A stretch of 28,347 nucleotides of DNA from a virus (Duplodnaviria > Caudoviricetes), in the IMG/VR virus record IMGVR_UViG_3300032019_000007, positions 1 to 28,347 of that record. The stretch is one strand, 5' to 3'. Numbering within the stretch: the first letter of the stretch is position 1; every line of letters starts with the position of its first letter. Shown one piece after another: positions 1-8,317 of the stretch. The notes under the pieces are model-generated. The model did no database searches. It worked only from the letters and a program-made list of their open reading frames with translations, and was not told the origin of the DNA. The position numbers and the translations under genes are program-made.

Positions 1-1036
1 TAGTACTATCATCACTCTCAAGCTGAGTAGTTACAGTCGATAGTCTAGCCGCTGCAATTGTTCCAGTAAGGTTAGCCGCTGGTAAATCAATACCAAGACC
101 TTCTATATCAGCCTTAGTTTGATCTGCTGTTGCTCCAGTTTCTATACCATCTAATTTAGTACCATCTGTAGATACATCACGACCATCAAAAGTTGAGTTG
201 GTTGTAATGGCACCAGTCATGGCCCCGCCAGCTTTAGGTAATGCTGCGTCAGCAGTTGTCCCTTGAGCAGCAGTAGCATAATCACTACCATCAAATGCTT
301 TAACAGCAGCAAGATTAGTAACTTCAGAATCCATTAATGCGCCAGCATCGGTTACGTTTGTTGTATCCGTTACATCTGCACTAGCTTCAATACCACCTAA
401 CTTAGAATGGTCAGCATCAGTAAATGTATTAGAGTCTGTGGCAGCTTCAACAGCTGCTTTAATTTCAGCGTTGGTTTGGTCAGCAGTAGCAGCAGTTTCA
501 ATATTTGCTAACTTAGTAAATTGAGCATCAGTGAAAGCGTTTGCTTCACCCTCATAAGCAGCTTTAATTTGTGCAGCTGTTTGATCTGCCGTTGCACTAG
601 CTTCAATACCACCTAACTTAGAATGGTCAGCATCAGTAAAGACATTCGAATCAGAAGCAGCTTCTACAGCGGTTCTAATTTCTGCATCTGACTGGTCGGC
701 AGTTGCACTAGCTTCAATACCATCTAACTTATCATGGTCTGCTGTTGTAAAGTTTTCATCTGTCTGACTTGCGACAGCAAAGTCTAAAGTGCCATCACTA
801 TCTTGGTAAGTTACTGTAATGCCTGATTCCGTATTACCAGATACCATAGCACCAACGATATCTTCATAGTGTTCTACACCAGCAACATCACTTAATGAAT
901 TCCAAGCTGCGGATCCATCACCAGCTTTGAGAATATTATTTGTAGTATCTAAACCTAGCTCACCTACATCTAGGGTAGGGTTATTCGACGACCAATTTGC
1001 GGCCGTATCTCTTCTAATTTGAATTTTGACAGCCAT
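1..1036 (-). CDS. Tail fibre-like protein with Mtd_N/HylP-like N-terminal domain and 35-37 aa repeats (runs off window start)
   Basis: Not in ORF track; translated by hand from ATG at 1036 (TAATG overlap): MAVKIQIRRDTAANWSSNNPTLDVGELGLDTTNNILKAGDG..WNSL, then KLxGIEASATADQ repeats; open to position 1. Confidence 0.8.
   Translation of the reverse strand, partial: MAVKIQIRRDTAANWSSNNPTLDVGELGLDTTNNILKAGDGSAAWNSLSDVAGVEHYEDIVGAMVSGNTESGITVTYQDSDGTLDFAVASQTDENFTTADHDKLDGIEASATADQSDAEIRTAVEAASDSNVFTDADHSKLGGIEASATADQTAAQIKAAYEGEANAFTDAQFTKLANIETAATADQTNAEIKAAVEAATDSNTFTDADHSKLGGIEASADVTDTTNVTDAGALMDSEVTNLAAVKAFDGSDYATAAQGTTADAALPKAGGAMTGAITTNSTFDGRDVSTDGTKLDGIETGATADQTKADIEGLGIDLPAANLTGTIAAARLSTVTTQLESDDST
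377..739. repeat. Intragenic direct repeats: identical 48 bp at 377-424 and 593-640, diverged copy near 704-739
   Basis: tgcactagcttcaataccacctaacttagaatggtcagcatcagtaaa read twice. Confidence 0.9.
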
Positions 1037-1287
1037 TATGCTCCCCCTCCGTCTATTTCAGTTAAGTTGGAAGTCAGCGCAGCTGAAGTTCCTCCGTCTA
1101 TTTCAGTGATGCCTGATCCAGTGTCACCACCTGCACCCACCTCAAAAACTGTTCCGGATGAGTTCTTAGAATATAGTTTCTCATCAGCTGTATTGATCGC
1201 TAATTCACCTTGTTCTAATTGGGAGGCTAGTGGGGTATTGCTCGCAACGGAGCTCTGTTTAATTTTGATTGTAGTTCGATTTGCCAT
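1036..1287 (-). CDS. Small fibre adaptor; stand-alone T4 gp37 N-terminal-like domain
   Basis: IKIKQS..TP.ASQLEQGELAINTADEKLYSKNSSG resembles the T4 gp37 N-terminus (LAEGELAINLKDRTIFTKD); AGGA RBS; late promoter upstream. Confidence 0.7.
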   Translation of the reverse strand: MANRTTIKIKQSSVASNTPLASQLEQGELAINTADEKLYSKNSSGTVFEVGAGGDTGSGITEIDGGTSAALTSNLTEIDGGGA

Positions 1288-1306
1288 ATATAGGTCCTAA
1301 ATTGTA

Positions 1307-1322
1307 TAGAGTATATACTCTA
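1307..1322. promoter_or_regulatory. Perfect 16-bp palindrome TAGAGTATATACTCTA in late-transcript leader
   Basis: Read directly; lies between the TATAAATA at 1334-1341 and the ATG at 1287. Confidence 0.5.
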
Positions 1323-2024
1323 AGTAATACACTTATTTATATCATTCATAGCTTTGATGTAATGTCTTTCTGCGGTATTTCCGTTAAGAAGACATACTAT
1401 CCCATTAGGAACAAGATAAGGCCAATTTGGATTGAACCATGAGTCTTCATCTATGCCATAATACCTTGAGTAAACTAGATTGGGGTCGAAGAAGTTGTTT
1501 GATAATTTTTCCCAGAATAAGAATCTATCTATTCCAAGATACTTGAGCATATAACTCTCTGGATCGTTCATGAATGTATTCCATATATGAACATTTTCAT
1601 TTTGATTCCATATCATAACACTGGAGTTAATATCCATGTCAGTCTTAATATGATAATCGTTAGGGTAACGAGAGAATTCCTTTCGCTCTTTATATAACTC
1701 TTTTAATGGTTTCCAATAACACTTGACCATTGTGAAATTATCATATGCATCATATAAATCTGATTTTAAATCATTATATACAATAACATCAAGGTCAAGA
1801 TACATAATCTTTCCTTTTATGTTACCGAAGTTTTCTTTAAATAAAGCTAGTTTATTCCATACATCAGGAAGGTCCTCCTCGATAGGAATAACGTTTATAT
1901 TTGGATTTAGACCAGATGGGTCTTCTGTATAACAATAGAAAGTGCAATGACCGATTAATTCGTGTAGTCGGTTTACGTGTTCATGTGAGTACTTCGTTCC
2001 CCACTTAACCGTCAGAATATTCAA
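1320..2024 (-). CDS. GT-A fold glycosyltransferase (GT8-like)
   Basis: VKWGTKYS..HVNRL start, WNKLALF, DxD motif YLDLDVIV, NSSVMIW. Confidence 0.75.
   Translation of the reverse strand: MNILTVKWGTKYSHEHVNRLHELIGHCTFYCYTEDPSGLNPNINVIPIEEDLPDVWNKLALFKENFGNIKGKIMYLDLDVIVYNDLKSDLYDAYDNFTMVKCYWKPLKELYKERKEFSRYPNDYHIKTDMDINSSVMIWNQNENVHIWNTFMNDPESYMLKYLGIDRFLFWEKLSNNFFDPNLVYSRYYGIDEDSWFNPNWPYLVPNGIVCLLNGNTAERHYIKAMNDINKCIT
1334..1341 (-). promoter_or_regulatory. T4-type (gp55 sigma) late promoter TATAAATA
   Basis: Exact consensus 46 nt upstream of ATG 1287. Confidence 0.75.
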
Positions 2025-2658
2025 TTTCGTCTCTAATCATTTCTACCATATCTAAGTTTCTGATAAAAAATGCTATTGACCATCGAGGTTCGTTAGACCT
2101 AGCACAATGATATTGTCGATGATATGTAACACCTCTTTCATCAAACTTTCCGTATGTTCCCGTTTTACATGACCATCCAGGTTTGTCAGGAATGGTTTCA
2201 ATCTTTCCAGTTTGGACATCTCGATATCTGTAAAATCCTGAACCGGTCTCAGACCAGTTAAACAATATAGTATGTCCAGGACAATCATGGTTATCATGCC
2301 AACCAATATAACCATCTTCAGGATAGTAGCAAAATAAAGCATTCTGTTGACACCCTAGTTCACGGGTAAAGTTGAATAGCACATCCTCCCTCAACTCACT
2401 CCAATCAGCTAATCCATCCATATGTCTAGGGTCTTGTCCTGCCACACCGATATCACACCCTTTGATGGCCATCGGAAATCCTTTATGACCTTTTTCCATA
2501 AGCTTTTCTAAGTATTCAGCAGATGTAGCTCGTTCAGCATCAAATCCAAAATCTCTAGTTTCTATTGGCAACCGAGATGGATCCAATATTTTCAATTGGT
2601 CTGAAAATCCATTCAATCTTTCAATAATATCAGGATTGTTAATCGATATTTCTTTCAT
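2005..2658 (-). CDS. 2OG-Fe(II) oxygenase-like (DSBH fold) protein
   Basis: YYPEDGYIGWHDN ... YHCARSNEPRWSIAF: Y-x4-IxWH, distal His, Arg about 8 residues later. Confidence 0.65.
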   Translation of the reverse strand: MKEISINNPDIIERLNGFSDQLKILDPSRLPIETRDFGFDAERATSAEYLEKLMEKGHKGFPMAIKGCDIGVAGQDPRHMDGLADWSELREDVLFNFTRELGCQQNALFCYYPEDGYIGWHDNHDCPGHTILFNWSETGSGFYRYRDVQTGKIETIPDKPGWSCKTGTYGKFDERGVTYHRQYHCARSNEPRWSIAFFIRNLDMVEMIRDEIEYSDG

Positions 2659-3394
2659 GTGCTATCTCTGTCCCGGGTATTGTGTAATGGCTTATTACCA
2701 TTTCTCCTTCACATTCTCCGTCTCTATAGACATGAATGTAATTATATCTTGCATCATCTTTATATATAAAGACTTTTAATTTATCTTTCCACTTGTTCTC
2801 TAACAACCACCACAACGTGAATTGATCCCAATGTATCAATTGTTCTTGTTGAGATTTTTGTTCCTCAGGCCACCATTCACGTGCGCATTGTTTTTCATGA
2901 TACTCCCACCAATCTTTAAGAAACTCCATAGTTGTGTCTGAATCATCGTACGCGAATACACCACCATGTAATGTCATTTCACCACCAATGAATTTGGCTA
3001 TAGCTCCAGCATATGATCTGATATTAGTGAACCCCATATGGCCATCAAACTCAAACAAATCGTGAATATCTTCATGGACGACGTAACAGTCCGCATCAAT
3101 GTATAATGTGGTTTCGAAAGGTGTTTGTGGGAGGGCCCAGAGTTTAGCTCTTTTGTGGGCAGGACAATCCTTTACTAGATAAAGGTCGTCACATCGTTCA
3201 TCATCTACTGTCCACTCATCATGAGCAAATAAAGCAATATTAGCTTCAGGCCATACATCATATATTGAATCAATTAACCTATGAGCAGCTTCGTAATAGC
3301 AGTAGCGTCGCGACGCTACTATGATAATGCCTTTACTTGGCTTTTGCAATAATTGCGCTTTTTTTCTTGGTTGGTTTCTTTTTTGCTGGGGCAC
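2639..3394 (-). CDS. GT-A fold nucleotide-sugar transferase (GT8/GT77-like)
   Basis: KGIIIVA, AKLWAL..TPFETTLYIDAD (DxD), HGGVF, WDQ..L, RYN, ISHY motifs; overlaps upstream gene. Confidence 0.75.
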   Translation of the reverse strand: MPQQKRNQPRKKAQLLQKPSKGIIIVASRRYCYYEAAHRLIDSIYDVWPEANIALFAHDEWTVDDERCDDLYLVKDCPAHKRAKLWALPQTPFETTLYIDADCYVVHEDIHDLFEFDGHMGFTNIRSYAGAIAKFIGGEMTLHGGVFAYDDSDTTMEFLKDWWEYHEKQCAREWWPEEQKSQQEQLIHWDQFTLWWLLENKWKDKLKVFIYKDDARYNYIHVYRDGECEGEMVISHYTIPGTEIAHERNID

Positions 3395-3830
3395 TTAAAC
3401 TCTCCATAATAATAACGCTTACAAATGCATTCATTTCAACGACAGACTTCGCTTTTCGAATTCGACTCTTTAATGCCCTATTCTTGCTTAGCTTAACTTC
3501 TTCAATTTCAAACGCTTGAAGTTTTGATTCAAACAGAACATCGTTCAATTGTTTCTTACGCTGTTCTGCATCGACCTGGTGTTTTTGATCAGGCGACATA
3601 GTATCAGGCATTCCCGGCCCTCGTTGACCTCTATGTTTTTCAGAGTTTTCTGTGATAGCTTCTACTGTATGTTGGTCCATTATCATATCCCAATCAGGGT
3701 TATTGATTTCCCCCTCATCAGTATTTGTTACCGAAGCTGTTACGTTATTGCCATTATTATCTTCTATCTGACAAATAACGTGTGTCATTTCCTTATTTCC
3801 CCAAATGGGGTTTAATACTTTCTTATCCAT
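3333..3830 (-). CDS. Putative tail-fibre assembly chaperone (Tfa-like)
   Basis: N-terminal NPIWGN..MTHVIC...VTAS pattern like Tfa-type chaperones, helical C-terminus, directly after fibre-like genes; GAGGA RBS. Confidence 0.45.
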   Translation of the reverse strand: MDKKVLNPIWGNKEMTHVICQIEDNNGNNVTASVTNTDEGEINNPDWDMIMDQHTVEAITENSEKHRGQRGPGMPDTMSPDQKHQVDAEQRKKQLNDVLFESKLQAFEIEEVKLSKNRALKSRIRKAKSVVEMNAFVSVIIMESLSAPAKKKPTKKKSAIIAKAK

Positions 3831-3831
3831 T

Positions 3832-5241
3832 TTATGCTGTCCTCAACCAAAGTTTAATATTATTTATAGTCTCTAAAGATGCCATGATTGTAGCACCTAC
3901 ATATGTACCAGTATAGTTTCCAGAGTAAGCAGACGAACCAGTAAATGTTTGTTGTGAATATGTATGAGGCGCGCCCGCGTATTGAGCGTAGGTCTGTGAC
4001 TCAGTAATTCCTGTAAAGGTGTTAGAATAAAATCCAGTATACGTATGAGGTCTAACACCACTATAGTATCCTGGTGTAGGAGCTCCTGGAGTATAGTATC
4101 CGGTATATGAACCAGAATAGTATCCAGTATATGAACCAGTATAAAAATGATCTCTATAACCAGCGAACCATCCTTGGAAGAAATAAGGACCTACACCACC
4201 ATAATAAACAACTGATGTACTTCCATAATTACTATTATAGTATCCATGATACGAACCAGTATAAGTTCCAGTATACGATCCGGTATACGTATGAGCTCTT
4301 GAACCAGCATATCCGCCAGCATAATATCCAGTGTAGGCGTGGCTCCTATTACCAGCAAAGTATCCTACTCCTGCAAAATATCTATATCCACCATATGAAG
4401 ATGAGCCTGTATAATATGCTACAGAAGTTGTTGTTCCTGTGTAACTTCCGGTATAAGTTCCAGAATAAGATACGTCTTCTAGTACATGTCTAGTGTCTTC
4501 AAAACCACTTCCCACCTGAGTCCACGTTCCAGTAGTAGGCGCAGAAGCGGCCAGCTGATATTTACCAATATCATTATCTACTATCTCTTTTCTGAAGTGG
4601 TCTACTAACGCTTTAATTTGCGCATCACTCATTTGCTTAATATGACCATTACCAGAAGATGATCTATACATCGTTCTATTAACTTCTGTCATTGTAGATG
4701 AACCAGTTGTTCTTCTCCAAAGGTAGGTACTATTTGCGCCGTCTAAATGTGAGTTTGTAATTGTAGCAACACTAACCCAAGTTCCTGGGGTAGGAGCTGA
4801 AGGTTGCATCTTATATGTTCCTGGAGGAGCTGATGTTAATTTAGCTTGTACTCTATTGATAATATCACTTACTATTTCTGAATCTGGCATGTCTTCCATA
4901 CCGTCAACCGTTCCACTTGTCTCATGTAGAGACATTGGTACTGCAGTAATACTTGTGGTTACACTATCAAGTTTTTGACGAAACACATAGTTAGTAGAAG
5001 AAATTGCTGTACTAGGATGAGTTCCAATTGGATCATCTCTTACTGTATCTACAAATGTTCCAATAGATGTCCAAGATGATTGAGTATTCATTGCAAGATG
5101 TCCTACCGTAGTAGCATCATCAGAAAACTCATCAAGAATCAAGTCTGCAATTTCATCAATCTCTGTGTCGCTCATTTCTTGCAAGCCTATAACTGCTGGA
5201 GTTGAATCTGTGTTATATTTTAATCGGATAGGCCTGCTCAT
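3832..5241 (-). CDS. Tyr/Gly-rich repeat virion protein, paralog B (469 aa)
   Basis: Three related globular modules plus 194-aa xYxG insert; clear paralog of 5243-6847; same C-terminus KLWLRTA. Confidence 0.75.
   Translation of the reverse strand: MSRPIRLKYNTDSTPAVIGLQEMSDTEIDEIADLILDEFSDDATTVGHLAMNTQSSWTSIGTFVDTVRDDPIGTHPSTAISSTNYVFRQKLDSVTTSITAVPMSLHETSGTVDGMEDMPDSEIVSDIINRVQAKLTSAPPGTYKMQPSAPTPGTWVSVATITNSHLDGANSTYLWRRTTGSSTMTEVNRTMYRSSSGNGHIKQMSDAQIKALVDHFRKEIVDNDIGKYQLAASAPTTGTWTQVGSGFEDTRHVLEDVSYSGTYTGSYTGTTTSVAYYTGSSSYGGYRYFAGVGYFAGNRSHAYTGYYAGGYAGSRAHTYTGSYTGTYTGSYHGYYNSNYGSTSVVYYGGVGPYFFQGWFAGYRDHFYTGSYTGYYSGSYTGYYTPGAPTPGYYSGVRPHTYTGFYSNTFTGITESQTYAQYAGAPHTYSQQTFTGSSAYSGNYTGTYVGATIMASLETINNIKLWLRTA
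3861..3868 (-). promoter_or_regulatory. T4-type late promoter TATAAATA for chaperone/GT/oxygenase/GT genes
   Basis: Exact consensus 30 nt upstream of ATG 3830, inside the 3' end of the previous gene. Confidence 0.7.
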
Positions 5242-5242
5242 A

Positions 5243-6847
5243 TTAGGCCGTCCTCAACCACAATTTAGTGGTACTAATTGTTTCATGACTTGCCATAATT
5301 GTAGCTCCTGTGTATGTGTGGTTTCTCGCGCCAGCATATGCTCCTGTGTAGCTACCCGTGTATGAATGGTTTCTTGAACCCGCGTAGTATCCAGTGTATG
5401 GACCCGTGTATGAATGGTTTCTTGCACCAGCAAAGTATCCAACGTATACTCCTGGATTTGGTGCACCTGGTGTATAGTATCCAGTGTATGTTCCTGAATA
5501 TGAGTGGTTTCTTGCACCAGAGTAGTATCCAGTGTATGACCCAGAAAATGAACGAGCATAGTTTGCTCCATAAGAGCCAGTATAGCTTCCAGCATATGCT
5601 CCTGGTATAGGAGCTCCTGGAGTATAGTATCCAGTATAGTATCCGGTATATGCACCAGTAAAGTATCCAGTATAGTATCCGGTATAAGAACCTGTAAACC
5701 AATATGGACCTGTTCCTGCATAATACAGCGCATATGAACCAGTATAAGAACCTGAGAAGGCCCGGGAATATGCTCCGGAGTAGTATCCAGTATACGTATG
5801 TGCTCTTGAACCCGCGTAGTATCCAGTGTATGAATGGTTTCTTGCACCAGCAAAGTATCCAGTATATGAACCAGTGTAGTAACCGGTGTAGGATGATGCA
5901 TATGAACCAGTATAAGTTCCTGTGTATGAATGTGCTCTTGAACCAGCAAAGTATCCATGATAGGTTCCAGAATAACTTCCGGTATAAGTTCCGGTATAAG
6001 TTCCAGCATAGTTTGCAGCATACGAACCAGTGTATGTGTGGTTTCTTGCACCAGCAAAGTATCCAGTATATGAACCAGTGTAGTTTTGGTTAGTACGTTC
6101 GTGTCGTGTATCAGTAAAACCACTTCCTGCTTCAATCCATGTTCCTGGTGTAGGAGCATTCGTTGCTAACTGGTATTTGCCAATCCCTGTAACTGTAATC
6201 TGGTCTCTAAAATAGTCTGCGAGTTCTTTTATCTCTGAATCAACCATTTCCTTTGCTGCAGGTGGTGTTGATGATGACCACTTCAAAGGACGAACAATAG
6301 TTGATGTTGGATTATCAGTTCTTAACCATAGCTGTGTTGTATCATTAGTATGGTCAGTGTGTTTGTTGGATAGTGTAGCTTTAGAAGTCCACGTACCGCC
6401 AGATGGTGCTGATGGTTGAAGTTTATATGTGCCTTGTGAAAATGAAGCTAGTTTTAACTGAACTCTATTAATAATATTGTTAGCTACATATGTATCAGTT
6501 TGTTCAATAAGACCTTCCATATCAGATCCATTATACTTAACGTGAAGTGGACGGGCAGATACATTCGGAGTTACACCAGCTTGATTCTGGCGAAATACAT
6601 AGTTTTCTGAATTAATAGTGGTAGAGGCTGGGTGCGCGCCAATAGCATCGTCCCTGTATGTGTCGACAAACGTGCCTACATCGGTCCATCCCGATTGTGC
6701 ATTGACAACCAAGTGGCCAGTAGTAGTTGGATTGTCTGTGAATTCATCTAATATTAGGTCTGCTACAGTATCTAAGTCTGAGTCAGACATCTCCTTAAAT
6801 CCATCAAACAAAGAGCCATTATAGTTTACTTTTAAAGGTCTTGGCAT
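5243..6847 (-). CDS. Tyr/Gly-rich repeat virion protein, paralog A (534 aa)
   Basis: Three RPL...E..D...GxY.L...W...LWLRT-type modules plus 262-aa xYxG insert. Confidence 0.75.
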   Translation of the reverse strand: MPRPLKVNYNGSLFDGFKEMSDSDLDTVADLILDEFTDNPTTTGHLVVNAQSGWTDVGTFVDTYRDDAIGAHPASTTINSENYVFRQNQAGVTPNVSARPLHVKYNGSDMEGLIEQTDTYVANNIINRVQLKLASFSQGTYKLQPSAPSGGTWTSKATLSNKHTDHTNDTTQLWLRTDNPTSTIVRPLKWSSSTPPAAKEMVDSEIKELADYFRDQITVTGIGKYQLATNAPTPGTWIEAGSGFTDTRHERTNQNYTGSYTGYFAGARNHTYTGSYAANYAGTYTGTYTGSYSGTYHGYFAGSRAHSYTGTYTGSYASSYTGYYTGSYTGYFAGARNHSYTGYYAGSRAHTYTGYYSGAYSRAFSGSYTGSYALYYAGTGPYWFTGSYTGYYTGYFTGAYTGYYTGYYTPGAPIPGAYAGSYTGSYGANYARSFSGSYTGYYSGARNHSYSGTYTGYYTPGAPNPGVYVGYFAGARNHSYTGPYTGYYAGSRNHSYTGSYTGAYAGARNHTYTGATIMASHETISTTKLWLRTA

Positions 6848-6859
6848 AATGTTTCACTG

Positions 6860-8299
6860 TTAGAATGTGCCACCGTCAATTGTACTAGATGCGTAAGGCA
6901 CTCCTGACGCATTAAATTGTAATATATCATATTGTGAGCCTGTAATAAATGATAAAGCTGTTCCTGCTGTATTAGATATAAAGAAACCATCACCCGTAAA
7001 TGAACTCATACCAGTACCACCATGGGCTACAGCTAAATCAGTAGAAAGTGTTAATGAACCAGCTACTAAAGGTGCAGCTGTTCCTGAGAATACTTCTGAT
7101 GTGTTTGTGGCATCTTGTAATATTGTGAAACCACCAGCAGAATCATCCCAACCAAAGAATCCAAGCTTCGCAGCGGATCCATTATGGTATCTAAATTCAA
7201 TACCACGGTCTTTGTTGTCATCGGATGTAGGAGCAGTATCACCACCCAATGTGAAAATTGGATCGTCAATTGTAACAGTAGTTGAATTGATTGTAGTAGT
7301 TGTACCATGAACAATCAAATCACCGGATACAGTAACATCATCAAATGTTACATCATCACCAGTACCAACTGATTGTCCTATTGAAAACTCTCCACCTGAA
7401 TATGTAACACCAGTACCAGCACTTAAATGAGCTCTAACTTCAGCAGTACTTGGACCAGTATAAGAGATTACACCAGTTGCAGAGGCATATGATAATGAGC
7501 CATCACCGCCATTATCTGTAACTGAAATAGCATTTCTTGCTCTTGCAGTAGTATGCCACATATTAGATGCACCTTCAGGAACATCATCAGTGTTAACTTG
7601 TCCAGCACCAGTACCCCAGTCGATTAGGGAGTCATCAATACCGTCGGCTGTAAGACTTACTGCACCTGCAGATGTTTCAAAATGTGCTGAGTTAAATGAA
7701 GCAACACCCTTATTTGATGTAGAAGCATTTTCACCAGCAATTGTAATGGTGTTGTCTGTTACTGTGGTATCAATACCTTCACCACCAGAGAATGTAATGG
7801 TTTCACCAGTACTTACTGAATCACTACTACCACTATCTGCTGCAATACTTAATGTACTTACAACTGTACCGAATGATAAGTTACCAGCACCGTCAGTCTT
7901 TAAGAACTGACCATTTGTACCATCTGCTGTTGGATGAGATAATCCATCAACAACAACTACACCTGAACCATGAGGTGTAATAGTAATATTACCGTTTGTG
8001 TCTGTTGATGTAATAGCATTACCGTCTAACTTTAAGTTATCAACTTTTAATTGGTCTATTTTACTATTAGAATCTACAATGATTGCTGATGAAGCAGTGA
8101 GCGTTCCCGCTGCATGGTCCATCATATCTGTAAAGTGTTGACCACCTATTGTTTTTGCTATTACTGTTGATCCAGACGTCTCTCCTATAAAGAGTTTATC
8201 TGAACTAAATGAGTATGCCTGTTCACCAACTGCTAACGCGTCTGTAGCAGGAGTCCCCGTTGCCGTGGAATATTTGGTGATGATGACTGTTCCTGACAT
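6860..8299 (-). CDS. Tail fibre protein
   Basis: N-terminal P...LAVGE.AY....KLFIG domain, G/T/S/D-rich fibre motifs (GQFLKTDGAGNLSF, DRGIEFRY), ends IDGGTF; AAGGAG RBS. Confidence 0.75.
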   Translation of the reverse strand: MSGTVIITKYSTATGTPATDALAVGEQAYSFSSDKLFIGETSGSTVIAKTIGGQHFTDMMDHAAGTLTASSAIIVDSNSKIDQLKVDNLKLDGNAITSTDTNGNITITPHGSGVVVVDGLSHPTADGTNGQFLKTDGAGNLSFGTVVSTLSIAADSGSSDSVSTGETITFSGGEGIDTTVTDNTITIAGENASTSNKGVASFNSAHFETSAGAVSLTADGIDDSLIDWGTGAGQVNTDDVPEGASNMWHTTARARNAISVTDNGGDGSLSYASATGVISYTGPSTAEVRAHLSAGTGVTYSGGEFSIGQSVGTGDDVTFDDVTVSGDLIVHGTTTTINSTTVTIDDPIFTLGGDTAPTSDDNKDRGIEFRYHNGSAAKLGFFGWDDSAGGFTILQDATNTSEVFSGTAAPLVAGSLTLSTDLAVAHGGTGMSSFTGDGFFISNTAGTALSFITGSQYDILQFNASGVPYASSTIDGGTF

Positions 8300-8317
8300 G
8301 TCTAATTCTCCTTAAAT

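Noticed and set aside
1320-3394. GTs and oxygenase as a DNA hypermodification cluster
   Set aside because: Late promoter, structural-gene context and no nucleotide-pathway genes nearby; disfavoured but not formally excluded
3895-6091. Repeats as a CRISPR array or DGR template/variable pair
   Set aside because: In-frame coding repeats without unique spacers; no reverse transcriptase in the window; mismatches examined are not adenine-specific
5254-6159. 301-aa alternate-frame ORF and other ORFs overlapping the Tyr/Gly repeats
   Set aside because: By-products of stop-free 12-bp periodic sequence; no RBS or recognisable motifs
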